A stretch of DNA of 63,537 nt, filler included, from Octopus bimaculoides (GCF_001194135.2; 7 parts of 7 records of this genome joined end to end with filler, not necessarily neighbours in it), one strand, 5' to 3'; shown: positions 1 through 13,325, numbered from the whole stretch's first letter. Numbers and translations are program-made. The notes: generated from the letters alone by a model not told the origin.

Positions 1-181
1 AGCATTCACACAAACGACATTCAGATTCGCCTCAATTGCTGCTAACCTCTTCGTTAGCAGTTGTACGAGATGGATTATTACATCAACGGCATCTAACAAC
101 ATCCGGCGTGATTCAACCAACGCTCTTCTACTAATCATCATTTCGAATACAAAGGGTAAAAATCTAAAGGGAAGTATATAC

Positions 182-184
<3 letters not shown>

Positions 185-236
<52 letters not shown>
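185..236. repeat. (GA)n microsatellite
   Basis: Pure GA run read directly. Confidence 0.95.
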
Positions 237-240
<4 letters not shown>

Positions 241-520
241 AACGAATAATAATATGAGAAATAGCCTAAAACATTAAAGTCTGTTGAACTTAGCAATAAC
301 TAATCCTTCTTAATTCGTTTCTAGACTGTATGTCCACTGTTGTTTCATCCATTTTGATTCTTCTGGATTACTCCAAAACATTTGCTTCACCAGACTCCGT
401 GGCCCGATCAGTTCATAATGGTTTATTTTTCTAGTTGCTTTAGATTCTTGCATTAATAACTTCAAAGTCTCAAACCTTTGCCCTTACCCCCCTCTCTCTC
501 TCTCCTCGTCTTTTTATCTG

Positions 521-530
<10 letters not shown>

Positions 531-584
<54 letters not shown>
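531..584. repeat. (TC)n microsatellite
   Basis: Pure TC run; it produces the RERERE ORF 470..733. Confidence 0.95.
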
Positions 585-591
<7 letters not shown>

Positions 592-964
592 TGCGCAAAC
601 CCATATATTTCATTTCAGTTTCTTTACTCTCCTTATCTTTCGTTTTGACTTTCTCCATCACACTAACATACACTTGTACATAGGCATGTACGTGCGCGTT
701 TACAACCAAAGGTTTTAGAAATATTTCTCTCATTCTCTTACCTATTTTGTTTTTTCCTTTCTTTATCGTTCTGCCTTCTTCTACAACAACCCCTTAATCT
801 CAGTTTTAACCACTTTCATCCTTCACGCTTACATTTGGGATTTTCTACTTCTCTTTAACATGCACACATACATACATGCACTCACGCACACGTATAAACA
901 TTCACATATATTCACATGCATTTATTTCATCATTTTCGTTCGAATCAATGATGGAGGTTTTACT

Positions 965-1112
965 TAAAGCATAGGCAACCTTTTTTGAGAAGCGGATCGC
1001 ATGAGACATGATTTATCATCAAGCGGGCTGTGCTACAAAAAAGAAAAAAAAAATTCGTTTTGGCGTGCTATCAAAAAATCCCGTGGGCCGCAAGTTGCCG
1101 ATGACTGCTTTA
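965..1112. mobile_element. Short hAT-like MITE (~145 bp)
   Basis: Right end GTTGCCGATGACTG (reverse complement CAGTCATCGGCAAC) matches left end C-ATAGGCAAC with a 4-nt deletion. Resembles CAG..GGCAAC hAT MITE termini. No clear TSD. Confidence 0.5.
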
Positions 1113-1229
1113 TATAATCATTCGAGCTAGTAGAAATAACAACCAAATTTCCTCAGATCCCATCTTAAACGCTTAAAACAGAAAAAAAACACATGGATGT
1201 ATTATAAAGAAATCGATATATGAAAATTC

Positions 1230-3340
1230 AGAGTGATCATAAGAGAAGCACAATTGAGCATGGTTATGCTCAAAGCTGACCTGAGGCTTAATAAAAAACA
1301 ACCTTTGAGTTTAGAACTATGATTCAACAAACTTCAGCTTCTAATTAAATTATACATTCACTCTATTTTATGTACTAAGTACATTCTCGTTCAACAGTTC
1401 CCATTAGTTTGCCGATAGTATCCGGTTTGTACCATAAACTTTATCTGTTACATATTCCTATGATAAAATAAATGTTATGTAGTGTAAGATCCAGTGAACG
1501 TAGAAGCTATTCAACTGAACCGCTTCCTGTAGTTCACCAGTTTGGGAAAATATCATTGCTGTAAACAAAACTCGACGTCTTCAAAATCCTCTTGAATGTT
1601 TGTTATGACAGATTACTGCAGCAAGTTCAAGTAAATGGTCACAGTCATAGTATCGTAAAAGAAGAATGACTCAGTTAATCCTGTTGATGACAACGCGCAC
1701 CATACTGTAACTCCTGTTAAATCAACATGCTGCTCCTATGTAATATGCGGAAATCTCAGGTTCTCGATAAGTGCGACTGTGATGGCTAATTGGGTCATTC
1801 ATTTTAAATGTGGGCTCATTACTCGAAACTAGAAGGTTTTAGACTTATTTAAGAGAGGCAATTACAACTGTCTTAGATTATTGTAATTTTAGTATATCAC
1901 TAATATAACAAATTGACAAATTGACCTGCCAACATTTTTTTTATTCCAGATTGAAAGAAACGGCGGCAAACCGTACTTTGAACATGCCTTACTAAACATT
2001 ACATGTCACAACTGATTATTTTACAAAATGGAGTCGGGATGCGAAAACAATTTAGAAGCTCGCTTTGCCATGAAATATTGTGTTAAACTGGGAAAAGTCG
2101 CAACAGAAACTTATGAAATGCTCCAGACGGTTTATGAATTAACTTCTATGAGCCGAGCATCTGTTTTTCACTGACACAAAAGGTTCAAGGACGGTAAAGA
2201 GGAGGTGAAAGATGAGGAGAGGTGTGAGAGGGAGAAAGGCGTCAGAACATCAGAGCTAGTTAAGAAAATTCGCAATTTTCTGGATGAAGACCATCGTGTG
2301 TCTTATAAAGACAATAAGGATACAATTTAGATTTGGTGTCGGTACTGTACTCAGAAGTATTCATGAAGATTTGAATATGCACAAAATTTGTGCCAAGTTA
2401 GTTCCCAGGGCGCTTGATAAACGAACAAAAACTGAAAAAACAAAGACGCGTTGGTGACAGTAGGGAAATGGCTGAGTACCTTGCCTGCTATCTAAGAGTA
2501 CTTGAGGCTCTGGTGGCCTGTGGCGAAAGCTTAATCTACTGTTATACGCCAGAGACCAAGAGTACCCAATGGAAGCATCCTGACTCATCCAGACTCAAGA
2601 AGGCCAGGCAAAGCATGTCTAACGGAAAGCTAATGATGATCATCTTTTTCGATAACAAGAGTATCAGCTACATCCACTGGACTCCTTCTGGACAGACGGT
2701 CAACGAAGAGTATCTTGTGGAGTTTTCGAGTGATTTCAAGAAGAGATTGTGTAACCTTTGAATGGTTAAAAAATTCTTCTACTCGGGTCAGTGGCACCTG
2801 CACCAGGACAATACACCAGTCCACAATTCCGTCATAGTAACTAATTACTCGACAGAGATGTGCCATCAAAACAGTCCCCATCTTTCACTGCAGTCCTAAC
2901 CTTGCTCCCTGTGGTTTGGATTGTACCCCAAGTTGAAAATGATGAAGGAGACTGTGACATGGATCATGGACACATTCACATGAGACCTTCAAGAAGTGAC
3001 TGTAGCGCTGCAAAAAATGCATTGATGTCAGAAATTTCTACTTTCAAGAAGAGCTGAGTTATGTACCACTTTGAAATTAATAAATGTCATTCCTGAAACA
3101 GTCTCAGAACTTCTGGATATCCACCTTGTGTCTTTGATAGGAATTCTGTATCTTTTACTCAACTTGCCAAGGGCTATTTGTAAAATTCTCCTTGATTCGG
3201 ATAGTCTTTGTTGAGAGCTTTGACTATTCTTGGAATATAACTTTTCGAAAGACAGCGCTTGAAAATGCGATGGACGCATGATTTTGCAATTGTTATCTCA
3301 CGCTTGCAGCGCTCATTTTCTTGGACCGTGTCCATGGTTA
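1230..3340 (-). mobile_element. Old Tc1/mariner-superfamily transposase relic (DUF4817-type), split by a nested mariner
   Basis: Hand translation of the minus strand. 3340-3131: TIAKSCVHRIFKRCLSKSYIPRIVKALNKDYPNQ..EFLSK. Resumes at 1831-1440: [57 protein letters not shown]. These correspond to IVWSDEATFKLNG / PGVTVWC / PPRSPDLTP motifs. Many stops and frameshifts. Confidence 0.75.
1832..3128 (+). mobile_element. Mariner transposon with pseudogenised transposase
   Basis: ATG at 2028: MESGCENNLEARFAMKYCVKLGKVATETYEMLQ..SRASVFH*HKRFKDG (HTH), then CAKLVPRAL, ACGESLIYCYTPETK (TGDETW/YYDPETK equivalents), KLMMIIFFD, WHLHQDNTPVH, SPNLAPC. 3' TIR-like AGTCTCAGAACTTCTGGATATCCACCTTG ends at 3128. TA at 1830-1831 and TG at 3129-3130. 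Confidence 0.9.
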
Positions 3341-4003
3341 TTACTTTCGGCAGTCATTATCTTAAATGAAAGCGGGGAAAAATTAACTAGTATGTGTATT
3401 TTCTTCTAGTATGAGATTATAATTACAGTTTTTGAACTGGCCAAAGGTTACACATTTGATACAGGAAACTGGAATTAATATAATTAAATTTATTAGAAAA
3501 ATGTGCTGCATAGTACATTGTTTGGCATTTATAGATTAAATGATAGAAAGTGTTTACTGTAATGGAAATGGAAATTACTGTATTCTCTATTTGGAAGTAA
3601 TATTAGTTTATGAAAATGCAATATAACTTCGCAGCATGCGCTGCAGTGAGATTCAGATAATGCTCAAGGCCAAAAATCAGAGAGAAGTATGTATCTGTAA
3701 ACTTATGTAGTTGGTGATGGAGGTTGTAATACGAGTATTCACTTGCATTTCAATTACAATTAGACGAATTTTGGGTGGGAAATGTGTCAAATAACCTCGT
3801 CTCTTATCTAGCAAGAAACTCGTATTTTTCTACTGTTAAAACTGATGTTTTATGCTGATATCATTTATATTCAAGCAGAATCATTAAAGTCGTAGACACA
3901 ATTTCAAATGGGAAGCCAAGCAGAGTCTTTACTGTGCTGTAATTTAACTTTCTTCGCATCATCAGATGTAACAAGATACTGATACATATCTACTTGTTGC
4001 TCT

Positions 4004-4260
4004 CAAATTTTGGAACAAGACCAGCAATTTGAAGAGAGAGAAAGAGAGAGAGAGAGGGGGAGGGGGAGAGAGAGAGGAGAGAGAGAGTGTGTAAGTCGAT
4101 TACATCAACCCCAATGTTTAACTGGTACTTGTTTTATCGACCTCGATAGGATGGAAGGCAAAGTCGAATTCAGCGGAATTTACGCTAAGAACGTAAAAAC
4201 GGACGAAATGCCACTAAGCATTCCACCCGGCGCGCTAACGATTCTGACGGCTTTCCGCCT
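4004..4260 (-). mobile_element. tRNA-type SINE family A copy with internal GA repeat
   Basis: Reverse complement of the repeat seen at 5977-6417 (GGCGG..AATCGTTAGC head; GCCTT.CATCCT.TCG.GGTCGATAAA..AAGTACCAG core). Confidence 0.8.
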
Positions 4261-4509
4261 TATGTGCTGACGTAATTATAACTATTTTATGGCAATGTGT
4301 TTGCAGAACCGGTAGAGCTTCAGACAAAATGCCTTGTATTTGTTTATGTTATTTATATCCTTACTTCAAATGCCACTGTAATCAAGTTTATCATTCATTC
4401 TTTCAGCGTAGATAAAATAAAGGCTCATTCAGATTCTGAAATCAGTTATATCGGACAACCTCTATTCCAAAAGTCGTAGCTTTGTGTCTATGATAAAAAT
4501 GATACTTAT

Positions 4510-5054
4510 TCTTTTACTCTTTTACTTGACTGCGGCCATGCTGGAACACCGCCTTTAGTTGAGCAAATCAACCCCGGGACTTATTCTTTGTAAGCCCAGT
4601 ACTTATTCTATCGGTCACTTTTGCCGAACCGCTATGTGACGGGGACATAAACACACCAGCATCGGTTGTCAATCAATGCTAGGGTGACAAACAGGGACAC
4701 ACACACACACCCACACACACACACACACACACTCACACACACACACACACACACACANNNNNNNNNNNNNNNNNNNNNNNNNNNNNNNNNNNNNNNNNNN
4801 NNNNNNNNNNNNNNNNNNNNNNNNNNNNNNNNNNNNNNNNNNNNNNNNNNNNNNNNNNNNNNNNNNNNNNNNNNNNNNNNNNNNNNNNNNNNNNNNNNNN
4901 NNNNNNNNNNNNNNNNNNNNNNNNNNNNNNNNNNNNNNNNNNNNNNNNNNNNNNNNNNNNNNNNNNNNNNNNNNNNNNNNNNNNNNNNNNNNNNNNNNNN
5001 NNNAACCATGTGGTTGGTAAGCAAGCTACTTACCACACAGCCACTCCTGCGCCT
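4510..5054 (-). mobile_element. tRNA-type SINE family B copy (internal CA repeat and N-gap)
   Basis: Head AGGCGCAGGAGTGGCTGTGTGGTAAGTAGCTTGCTTACCAACCACATGGTT on the minus strand. Body matches copies at 7612, 23688 and 56093. Confidence 0.85.
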
Positions 5055-5104
5055 ATATTATTATTATTATTTATTTACTTATTTTTCATCCATACCCTAC
5101 TGTT

Positions 5105-5330
5105 GAACAGCAGAATTAATTACTAGGTCTTTCCACTATCAAGGGATGGGTTTCTGGTAAAAGGAACAGAGTAGTCGCTTATATCTAATCCCAGTCCTGA
5201 TCGCCGATTATTTTATCAAAGCCGGGACAGATGAAAGCCAAAAGCAACTTCAGCAGGATTAGAACTCAGAACGTAATGGACCGTAACTGCCGAATGAATT
5301 TGAACTCACCCACTAGTAATTCTGCTAATC
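5105..5330 (-). mobile_element. SINE family A, degenerate copy
   Basis: Contains GAAAGCCAAAAGCAACTTCAGCAGGATTAGAACTCAGAACGTAA, the diverged reverse complement of the family A core. Confidence 0.6.
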
Positions 5331-5559
5331 TGCCACCCTATTTTTACATAAGAAACGAATATTTCTCGTCATACAAATACGTTTTCAGCGTAAAACTTTT
5401 CAGACTAATGGACGATATTAAATCATGATAGATATTTAATGTTATATAAATTGATTAGATAATAAAAGAATTTTATAACATAGATAACACAATTTTAACT
5501 TCTTCAGTGAAGGTACTGTCATATTTGCTACCGCCTACTTATTATCTGCGTGTGCCAGT

Positions 5560-5790
5560 ATACATTTACATATATACATACCTACACAGATTCATGCATG
5601 CAACATATATACAAGCACATACATACATACATATGTACTTGCACACATACACACACATACGTACATGCATGCGTACACACATGTATGTATGTATATATGT
5701 ATGTATGCATGCATGTATGTATGTATGTATGTACGTATGTACGTATGTATGTATGTATGTATGTATGTGTATACATGTATATATCAAAGC
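5560..5790. repeat. Compound (TACA)n/(TATG)n microsatellite
   Basis: Read directly; it produces several spurious YIHT/MYVC ORFs. Confidence 0.9.
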
Positions 5791-5976
5791 CATATTTACT
5801 TTGATATACATTTCTTTAGTCTCAAAGAAAGCAGTAGTAAAACATTCAGTAGAGTACAAGACTTCAAATGATAAATCAAAAAGAAGAACAAAAGTCAGAA
5901 GATTAATTTCTTATAGATGTAGACATATTTGAACGGCTCAATTTTCATTTATTTGTATCAATGTATGTTTGTTTGT

Positions 5977-6500
5977 AAGGCAGTGAGCTGGCAGAAACGT
6001 TAGCACGCCGGGCGAAATGCTTAGCCGTTTCTCGTCTGCCGTTACGTTCTGAGTTCAAACTCTGCCGAGGTTGACTTTGCTTTTCATCCTTTCGGGGTCG
6101 ATAAATTAAGTAGCAGTTACGCACTTGGGTCGATGTAATTGAATTAATCCCATTGTCTGTCCTCGTTTGTCCCCTCTATGTTTAGTCCGCTGTGGGCAAT
6201 AAAGAAATAAGAAACGTTAAGACGTCGGGAGAAATGCATAGCGGTATTTCGTCTGTCTTTATGTTCTGAGTTCAAATTCCGCCGAGGTCGACTTCAACTT
6301 TCATCCTTTCGGGATCGATAAATTAAGTACCAGTTGCGTACTGGGGTCGATCTCATTGACTGGCCTCCTCCCCACAAAATTTCGGGCCTTGTGCTTAAAG
6401 TAGAAAAGATTATTTTAAGGCGGCGAGCTGGCAGAAACGTTAGCACGCCGGGCGAAATGCATAGCAGTATTTTCAGGCCTTGTGCCTAGAACAGAAAAGA
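5977..6500 (+). mobile_element. Tandem triple of SINE family A units with two different 3' tails
   Basis: Unit 1 (5977-6208) ends TTGTCCCCTCTATGTTTAG..AATAAAGAAATA. Unit 2 (6209-6417) ends AAAATTTCGGGCCTTGTGC..GTAGAAAAGATTATT. Unit 3 (~6417-6500) is a head fused to the second tail. B-box-like GAGTTCAAA(C/T)TC in units 1 and 2. Confidence 0.9.
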
Positions 6501-6505
6501 ATGTA

Positions 6506-6555
<50 letters not shown>

Positions 6556-6969
6556 TACAGAGATATGTATNNNNNNNNNNNNNNNNNNNNNNNNNNNNNN
6601 NNNNNNNNNNNNNNNNNNNNNNNNNNNNNNNNNNNNNNNNNNNNNNNNNNNNNNNNNNNNNNNNNNNNNNNNNNNNNNNNNNNNNNNNNNNNNNNNNNNN
6701 NNNNNNNNNNNNNNNNNNNNNNNNNNNNNNNNNNNNNNNNNNNNNNNNNNNNNNNNNNNNNNNNNNNNNNNNNNNNNNNNNNNNNNNNNNNNNNNNNNNN
6801 NNNNNNNNNNNNNNNNNNNNNNNNNNNNNNNNNNNNNNNNNNNNNNNNNNNNNNNNNNNNNNNNNNNNNNNNNNNNNNNNNNNNNNNNNNNNNNNNNNNN
6901 NNNNNNNNNNNNNNNNNNNNNNNNNNNNNNNNNNNAAACCCATCATCCTTTTCGCAGTTAATAATCCTT

Positions 6970-7160
6970 TAAATTTTTCCTTTCTACTAGAGGTACAAGG
7001 CCAGATATTTTAGGGGAGAGGGTTCGTTAGTTACATGGGCCCCACTGTTTGAGTGGTACTTATTTTATCGACCCTAAAAGGATGAAAAGCAAAGTCGACC
7101 TCGGTGAAATTGAGCTCACGACGTGAAACCGGAAGAAAATCCTCTAAGTATTTTGTCCGG
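6970..7160 (-). mobile_element. SINE family A copy
   Basis: CCTTTCTACTAGAGGTACAAGGCC..GGTACTTATTTTATCGACCC..GATGAAAAGCAAAGTCGACCTCGG. Confidence 0.8.
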
Positions 7161-7611
7161 TTTGCTTGCGTTACACCCGGTTGCGTTACATCCGGTTGCT
7201 CTATTAAAAAAAAAAAAAAAACAGTTCTTAAAGAATTTTATTGATTCTGATAGAGTGGCTATGAGTTGTGAGTGAAACATTTATATAAAGCCTGTCAGAG
7301 TTATTCTGCTCGTGGGCCAAAAACTTTGTCTGAATCCAGTTGTAACTGCACAATTATGTTCTTTGATTCCTTTAGAGGAAACTATTCTTTTGCAAGCAAT
7401 GAGGTCTGATCTCTGATCTAAGAATTACTCCTCTCACCCCTCCCTCCTTCCCACGAATCTTAGATGCCTTCATAAAGCTCATAGCGATATCCTTTTCTAA
7501 ATCATAATGCGCTCAAACACATACATTCTTTTTCTTTTTACCTTTTAGTCAAGACGAAAGACTGCACCCACAATCGTTTACAGAGCCTACACACACACAT
7601 GCGCGCGCGCA

Positions 7612-7952
7612 TATACTTTATCTTTTACTTGTTTCAACCGTTGCGCTGCAATTATACTGGGGCCCCGATTTGGATGAATTAGTCGAACAAATCGACTCCT
7701 ACACTTAATTCTTTTTAAAACCTGGTGCTTATCAGTGTCTTTTGTCGACCAGCAAAGTTACAGGGATATAGACAAACTAATACTGGTTGTCAAGTGGAGG
7801 GGGTGGTAGGAGGACAAACACAAACACTAAGAGAAATACACACAAGACTTTAGTCGATCCGACGCTACAGTAGAAGCCCCTGTTCAAGGTGCCACTGCGT
7901 CGCACTGAACCCGAAATCATGTAGTTGGGAAGCAAACTTATCACACGGCCAC
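7612..7952 (-). mobile_element. SINE family B copy, diverged
   Basis: CTTTTACTTGTTTCA..CAAGGTGCCAC..CACTGAACCCGAAATCATGTAGTTGGGAAGCAA matches the other B copies. Confidence 0.75.
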
Positions 7953-8156
7953 GTATACATACATACATACATACATACATACATACATACATACATGCAT
8001 ACATGCATACATACATACATGCATACACGCATACATACATGCATGCATACATACATACATACATACATACATATAAGTAAGTTTGTATGTACAATATATA
8101 TATATATAAATATATACATTTATATATATCTATATATATGTATACATATATGTGTT

Positions 8157-8225
<69 letters not shown>
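7953..8225. repeat. (TACA)n followed by (TA)n microsatellite
   Basis: Read directly. Confidence 0.9.
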
Positions 8226-8227
<2 letters not shown>

Positions 8228-8334
8228 TGTTATTATTAGCGAAGTCGATATACACAATCCATACTAACATCAGTATTAATATAGGTGGTTGCAAGCCTGA
8301 ATTAGCGTTATATAGCTATAGAATTAAAATTATA

Positions 8335-9138
<804 letters not shown>

Positions 9139-9190
9139 TTGTATGTATATTATACATATAAGTTTGTATGTATATTAGATATAAAGAGAT

Positions 9191-9400
9191 AAGGCAGCGA
9201 TCTGGCAGAATCGTGAGCACGCTGGACGAAATGCTCGTCCGTCTTAAAGACGTTCTGAGTTCAAATTCCTCAGAGGTCGACTTTGCCTTTCATCCTTCCG
9301 GGGTCGATAAATTAAGTACCAGTAAAACACTGGGGTCGATGTAATCGACAAGTCCCCTCTCTCCAAAATTTCAGGCCTTGTGCCTACAGTAGGGATGGTT
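9191..9400 (+). mobile_element. SINE family A, full-length copy (tail type 2)
   Basis: AAGGCAGCGATCTGGCAGAATCG..GTTCTGAGTTCAAATTCC..GGGGTCGATAAATTAAGTACCAG..AAAATTTCAGGCCTTGTGCCT. Confidence 0.9.
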
Positions 9401-10492
9401 ATATATATATATAGAAATATGTCTATCTATTTTAGACTACACTCACTCTCACACACATATATATATACACTGACGATTGTATGAATAGAAAACAACATTA
9501 TATACTGAAATAGAGGATATTATTGTAGTTAGCTGGCCGCGGGAGAAGTAGAAGATGCATCACTGATTGCCTCAACTTGGCAGAGTCAACGTACAGATAA
9601 AGGAATGTTTTATGAAATTATTAATTGATACGACATCTGATATCAGAGGTGACTCGAAATGAATTTAAAGTTACTCATAGAACACTTTACTTAATTTCTT
9701 TAATTGCTCTTTCGTTTTTCTTTGCCTCTTTTCTTTTATAAATTAATATCATCCTCTCTTTTTTAAATGCTTTTTTTTTTGCCTTTTTCTTTAAATTATT
9801 GTCAGTTGTTATTAAGATCAACATCTTTATGTTGAAGAGATTTTAATCGGTTACAAATGTCGTACTAACTGATAAATATTATAGAGGAAAAATGAATACA
9901 TATATATAAATAAATGAAGATGATAATAGTTTGACGAACAAAATAAACGTCAGAAATAACTAAATTAATAAATAACAGAGAAAAAAAGGAAAGAAATACA
10001 TCAACAACAGAAAATAGAATAACAACGACGTAACAACGACAATATTAATAACGACAACAATGCCGATATTTTTCTGTTAAAGAAAACACTGTAAGAAATT
10101 CTAGACAGCAAGGAAATGTTCGTTTTATAAATATTAGAGACATGAGCGTGATCCAAATTTTATTCGGAAGATTTAATGTGTATTTTTTTTCGTGAAATTT
10201 ATGGAACAATAAAAGAGTCTGAAGAAATGGAAATTTCTCAAGTTTAATAATATGTTTCTTCTAATAGTATAATTTTATCTTCTTAAGTTGTTCCAAACAA
10301 GTAATTTCTTCCTCGTCTTATAATTTTATTTTATTTTATTTTTAAATACAAGTTGTTTAAATGATTTTCATTTATATTTTTAGATAATACCATAGAAAAC
10401 TATACAATACGTGCTGTCGAAGAGATCGTGAATTTACCGAATACAAAAGTCTGTCATTCAATCTTGGAGAGTGCCTTTTATTGCATCTGATG

Positions 10493-10690
10493 TTGGTTTC
10501 AAATTTTGGCACAAGGCCAGCAGTTTTAGAGGAGGGGTAAGTCGATTACAACGACTCCAGTGCGCAGATGGTACTTACTTTATCGACTGGTATTTAATTT
10601 ACTGAAAGGCAAAGTCGACCGCGGTAGCATTTGAACTCAGAACTCAGAACGTAAGGACGGACGAAATGCCGCTAACGATACCGCCCGCTT
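10493..10690 (-). mobile_element. SINE family A copy
   Basis: CAAATTTTGGCACAAGGCC..GGCAAAGTCGACC..GAACTCAGAACGTAAGGACGGACGAAATGCCGCTAA. Confidence 0.8.
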
Positions 10691-11554
10691 TGTCTGATGC
10701 TCTACCGACTGAACTATGCGGGTGAACAATTTATGTCTCATAATTACAGTGGGTACAGGACAAATAGGTATGGATTACGTCTATTTTAATTTTCATGGTT
10801 CACCAAAGGAGGAAAAGCAGAGCATAGAACCAACTCCATACAACATGCAACATTATGTCATTTTAGTTCTCAGTTGTTATTAATACCAGTGACGTAGTTA
10901 TTGTTGTTATTTTGCCATTTCAGCCCTGATAGAGTGGACATTTACTCACACGCAATCCTGTCGTGACAATGCTGCTTTTATTTTGTCATAGTGTATCTAG
11001 GACTATTTGATCTAATTAGTCCTTTCCGTTTGCAAGACGTTATAGAATTATTTATTACAGGTAGATTTCCACGTTATTACTAGTCTTCGTAAAGTCACTG
11101 TTGTTGACTCCCACGTTATCTCTAGATTACTTTTATAAATATGGCATTTCATTTTCTAATCGATGAAAAGACGTAGGATGATGTAGGAAGCACAAGCTGT
11201 TGAATAACTGACAAGATAGTTTGCGTTCATTAAATATGGTCTCCAGATAATTTACAGTAATTAGACATAATCACTAGGATATGGTTTTGTAAGATGGTTG
11301 GCATCTTTCACATACAAATATTTCTTTGTATTCTGTCATTAAAAAGAAACGCACAAATACATCTTGTTTTACCCTACGTGGCATTAACTACATTGCACAA
11401 AAAAAGCTTGAGGGAAGAATTATTACATGTTGCTGTTTAGCTGAGCAGAAATATAATCAAAAACACTCTACTTGCGATCATTCCATTTTTATTCCCATTT
11501 ATTATTCGAAGCGAGTTGTCAATTTGCGACAACATTTACATCTCTCTCTCACTC

Positions 11555-11592
<38 letters not shown>

Positions 11593-13134
11593 NNNNNNNN
11601 NNNNNNNNNNNNNNNNNNNNNNNNNNNNNNNNNNNNNNNNNNNNNNNNNNNNNNNNNNNNNNNNNNNNNNNNNNNNNNNNNNNNNNNNNNNNNNNNNNNN
11701 NNNNNNNNNNNNNNNNNNNNNNNNNNNNNNNNNNNNNNNNNNNNNNNNNNNNNNNNNNNNNNNNNNNNNNNNNNNNNNNNNNNNNNNNNNNNNNNNNNNN
11801 NNNNNNNNNNNNNNNNNNNNNNNNNNNNNNNNNNNNNNNNNNNNNNNNNNNNNNNNNNNNNNNNNNNNNNNNNNNNNNNNNNNNNNNNNNNNNNNNNNNN
11901 NNNNNNNNNNNNNNNNNNNNNNNNNNNNNNNNNNNNNNNNNNNNNNNNNNNNNNNNNNNNNNNNNNNNNNNNNNNNNNNNNNNNNNNNNNNNNNNNNNNN
12001 NNNNNNNNNNNNNNNNNNNNNNNNNNNNNNNNNNNNNNNNNNNNNNNNNNNNNNNNNNNNNNNNNNNNNNNNNNNNNNNNNNNNNNNNNNNNNNNNNNNN
12101 NNNNNNNNNNNNNNNNNNNNNNNNNNNNNNNNNNNNNNNNNNNNNNNNNNNNNNNNNNNNNNNNNNNNNNNNNNNNNNNNNNNNNNNNNNNNNNNNNNNN
12201 NNNNNNNNNNNNNNNNNNNNNNNNNNNNNNNNNNNNNNNNNNNNNNNNNNNNNNNNNNNNNNNNNNNNNNNNNNNNNNNNNNNNNNNNNNNNNNNNNNNN
12301 NNNNNNNNNNNNNNNNNNNNNTATATATATATGTATATATATAAAGGAGACCAATAGGTGGACTGTTAATGTGCTAGAAGAAGATCACATGTAATGTGTC
12401 TACTAAGACCGAATTGTTCCCAAAGGAAGTTTAGCGAAGTAACAAAAACGTATGCGGGTAAGACAAGTGAAAATTACATAAACATATACCGTTATCTGTA
12501 AATTAGTTTCGAAATTAACATTTTCTTACTGAAAATATCTGTTTCTCATCAGTACAGACCGCTAAATAAATATAATTCTCAGAATCGTATACTATTTGTT
12601 CTCCACAAATGGAGCACGTGTACACGGTTCTGTTAATTATATTTATGGTAAGATTCAAAAGTCTTCATTTTTGCGCACTAAATCCGGAAATATCTCCGCA
12701 GAAATGCTTCTGCATCGAATATACCAACTTTGAGAACGTGGTTATGGTTAATTAAATTAAAACAGCAGGGTAAAAAATTGGATATTAATTCATATCCATT
12801 TAATACCAATGAACAAGCACATTAAAAGAATCAAGGAGTTTGTCCAACCGCACTGGCAAATTCTCCTAATTCTTTCTAATTAAAGCATAAACCTAGTAAT
12901 TTCTCAAATGAAGTGTTAGTCGACTTATCCGACCCGAGAACTTGACAAAGTCTTCTGTTTGTCGACTTTGGAAAGACGAAAAGCAAAGCTCACCTCACCG
13001 GCTTTTGAACTCTGAATATAAAGTGTTGGAACAACCGTCCCATATGACTTTTTAACATTTCTGATAATCCATCGGTTTCAAATTTTGTAGGAGGAGCTAA
13101 TTCAGCTACATCGACTCCAATTCGTCTCCGTGAT

Positions 13135-13262
13135 TTGGCGGTTCGGCTGGGAAGACCGATAGAGTGAGTGCTAGGCTTGCAAGGAATAAGTTCTGGCATC
13201 GATTTGTTCGATCAAAGGCGGTGCTCCGGCATGGCCGCAGTCAAATGACTGAGACAATTGAG
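13135..13262 (+). mobile_element. SINE family B, 3' fragment
   Basis: GACCGATAGA..GAATAAG..TCGATTTGTTCGATCAAAGGCGGTGCTCCGGCATGGCCGCAGTCAAATGACTGAGACA, followed by (GA)n. Confidence 0.75.
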
Positions 13263-13267
13263 AGAAT

Positions 13268-13325
<58 letters not shown>

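Noticed and set aside
11326-12394. Long ORFs of 150-370 aa here and at 6.5, 23, 24-25, 32-33, 41-44 and 60-61 kb
   Set aside because: They are open only because they run through N-gaps and dinucleotide repeats (YIYI, THTH, CVCV).
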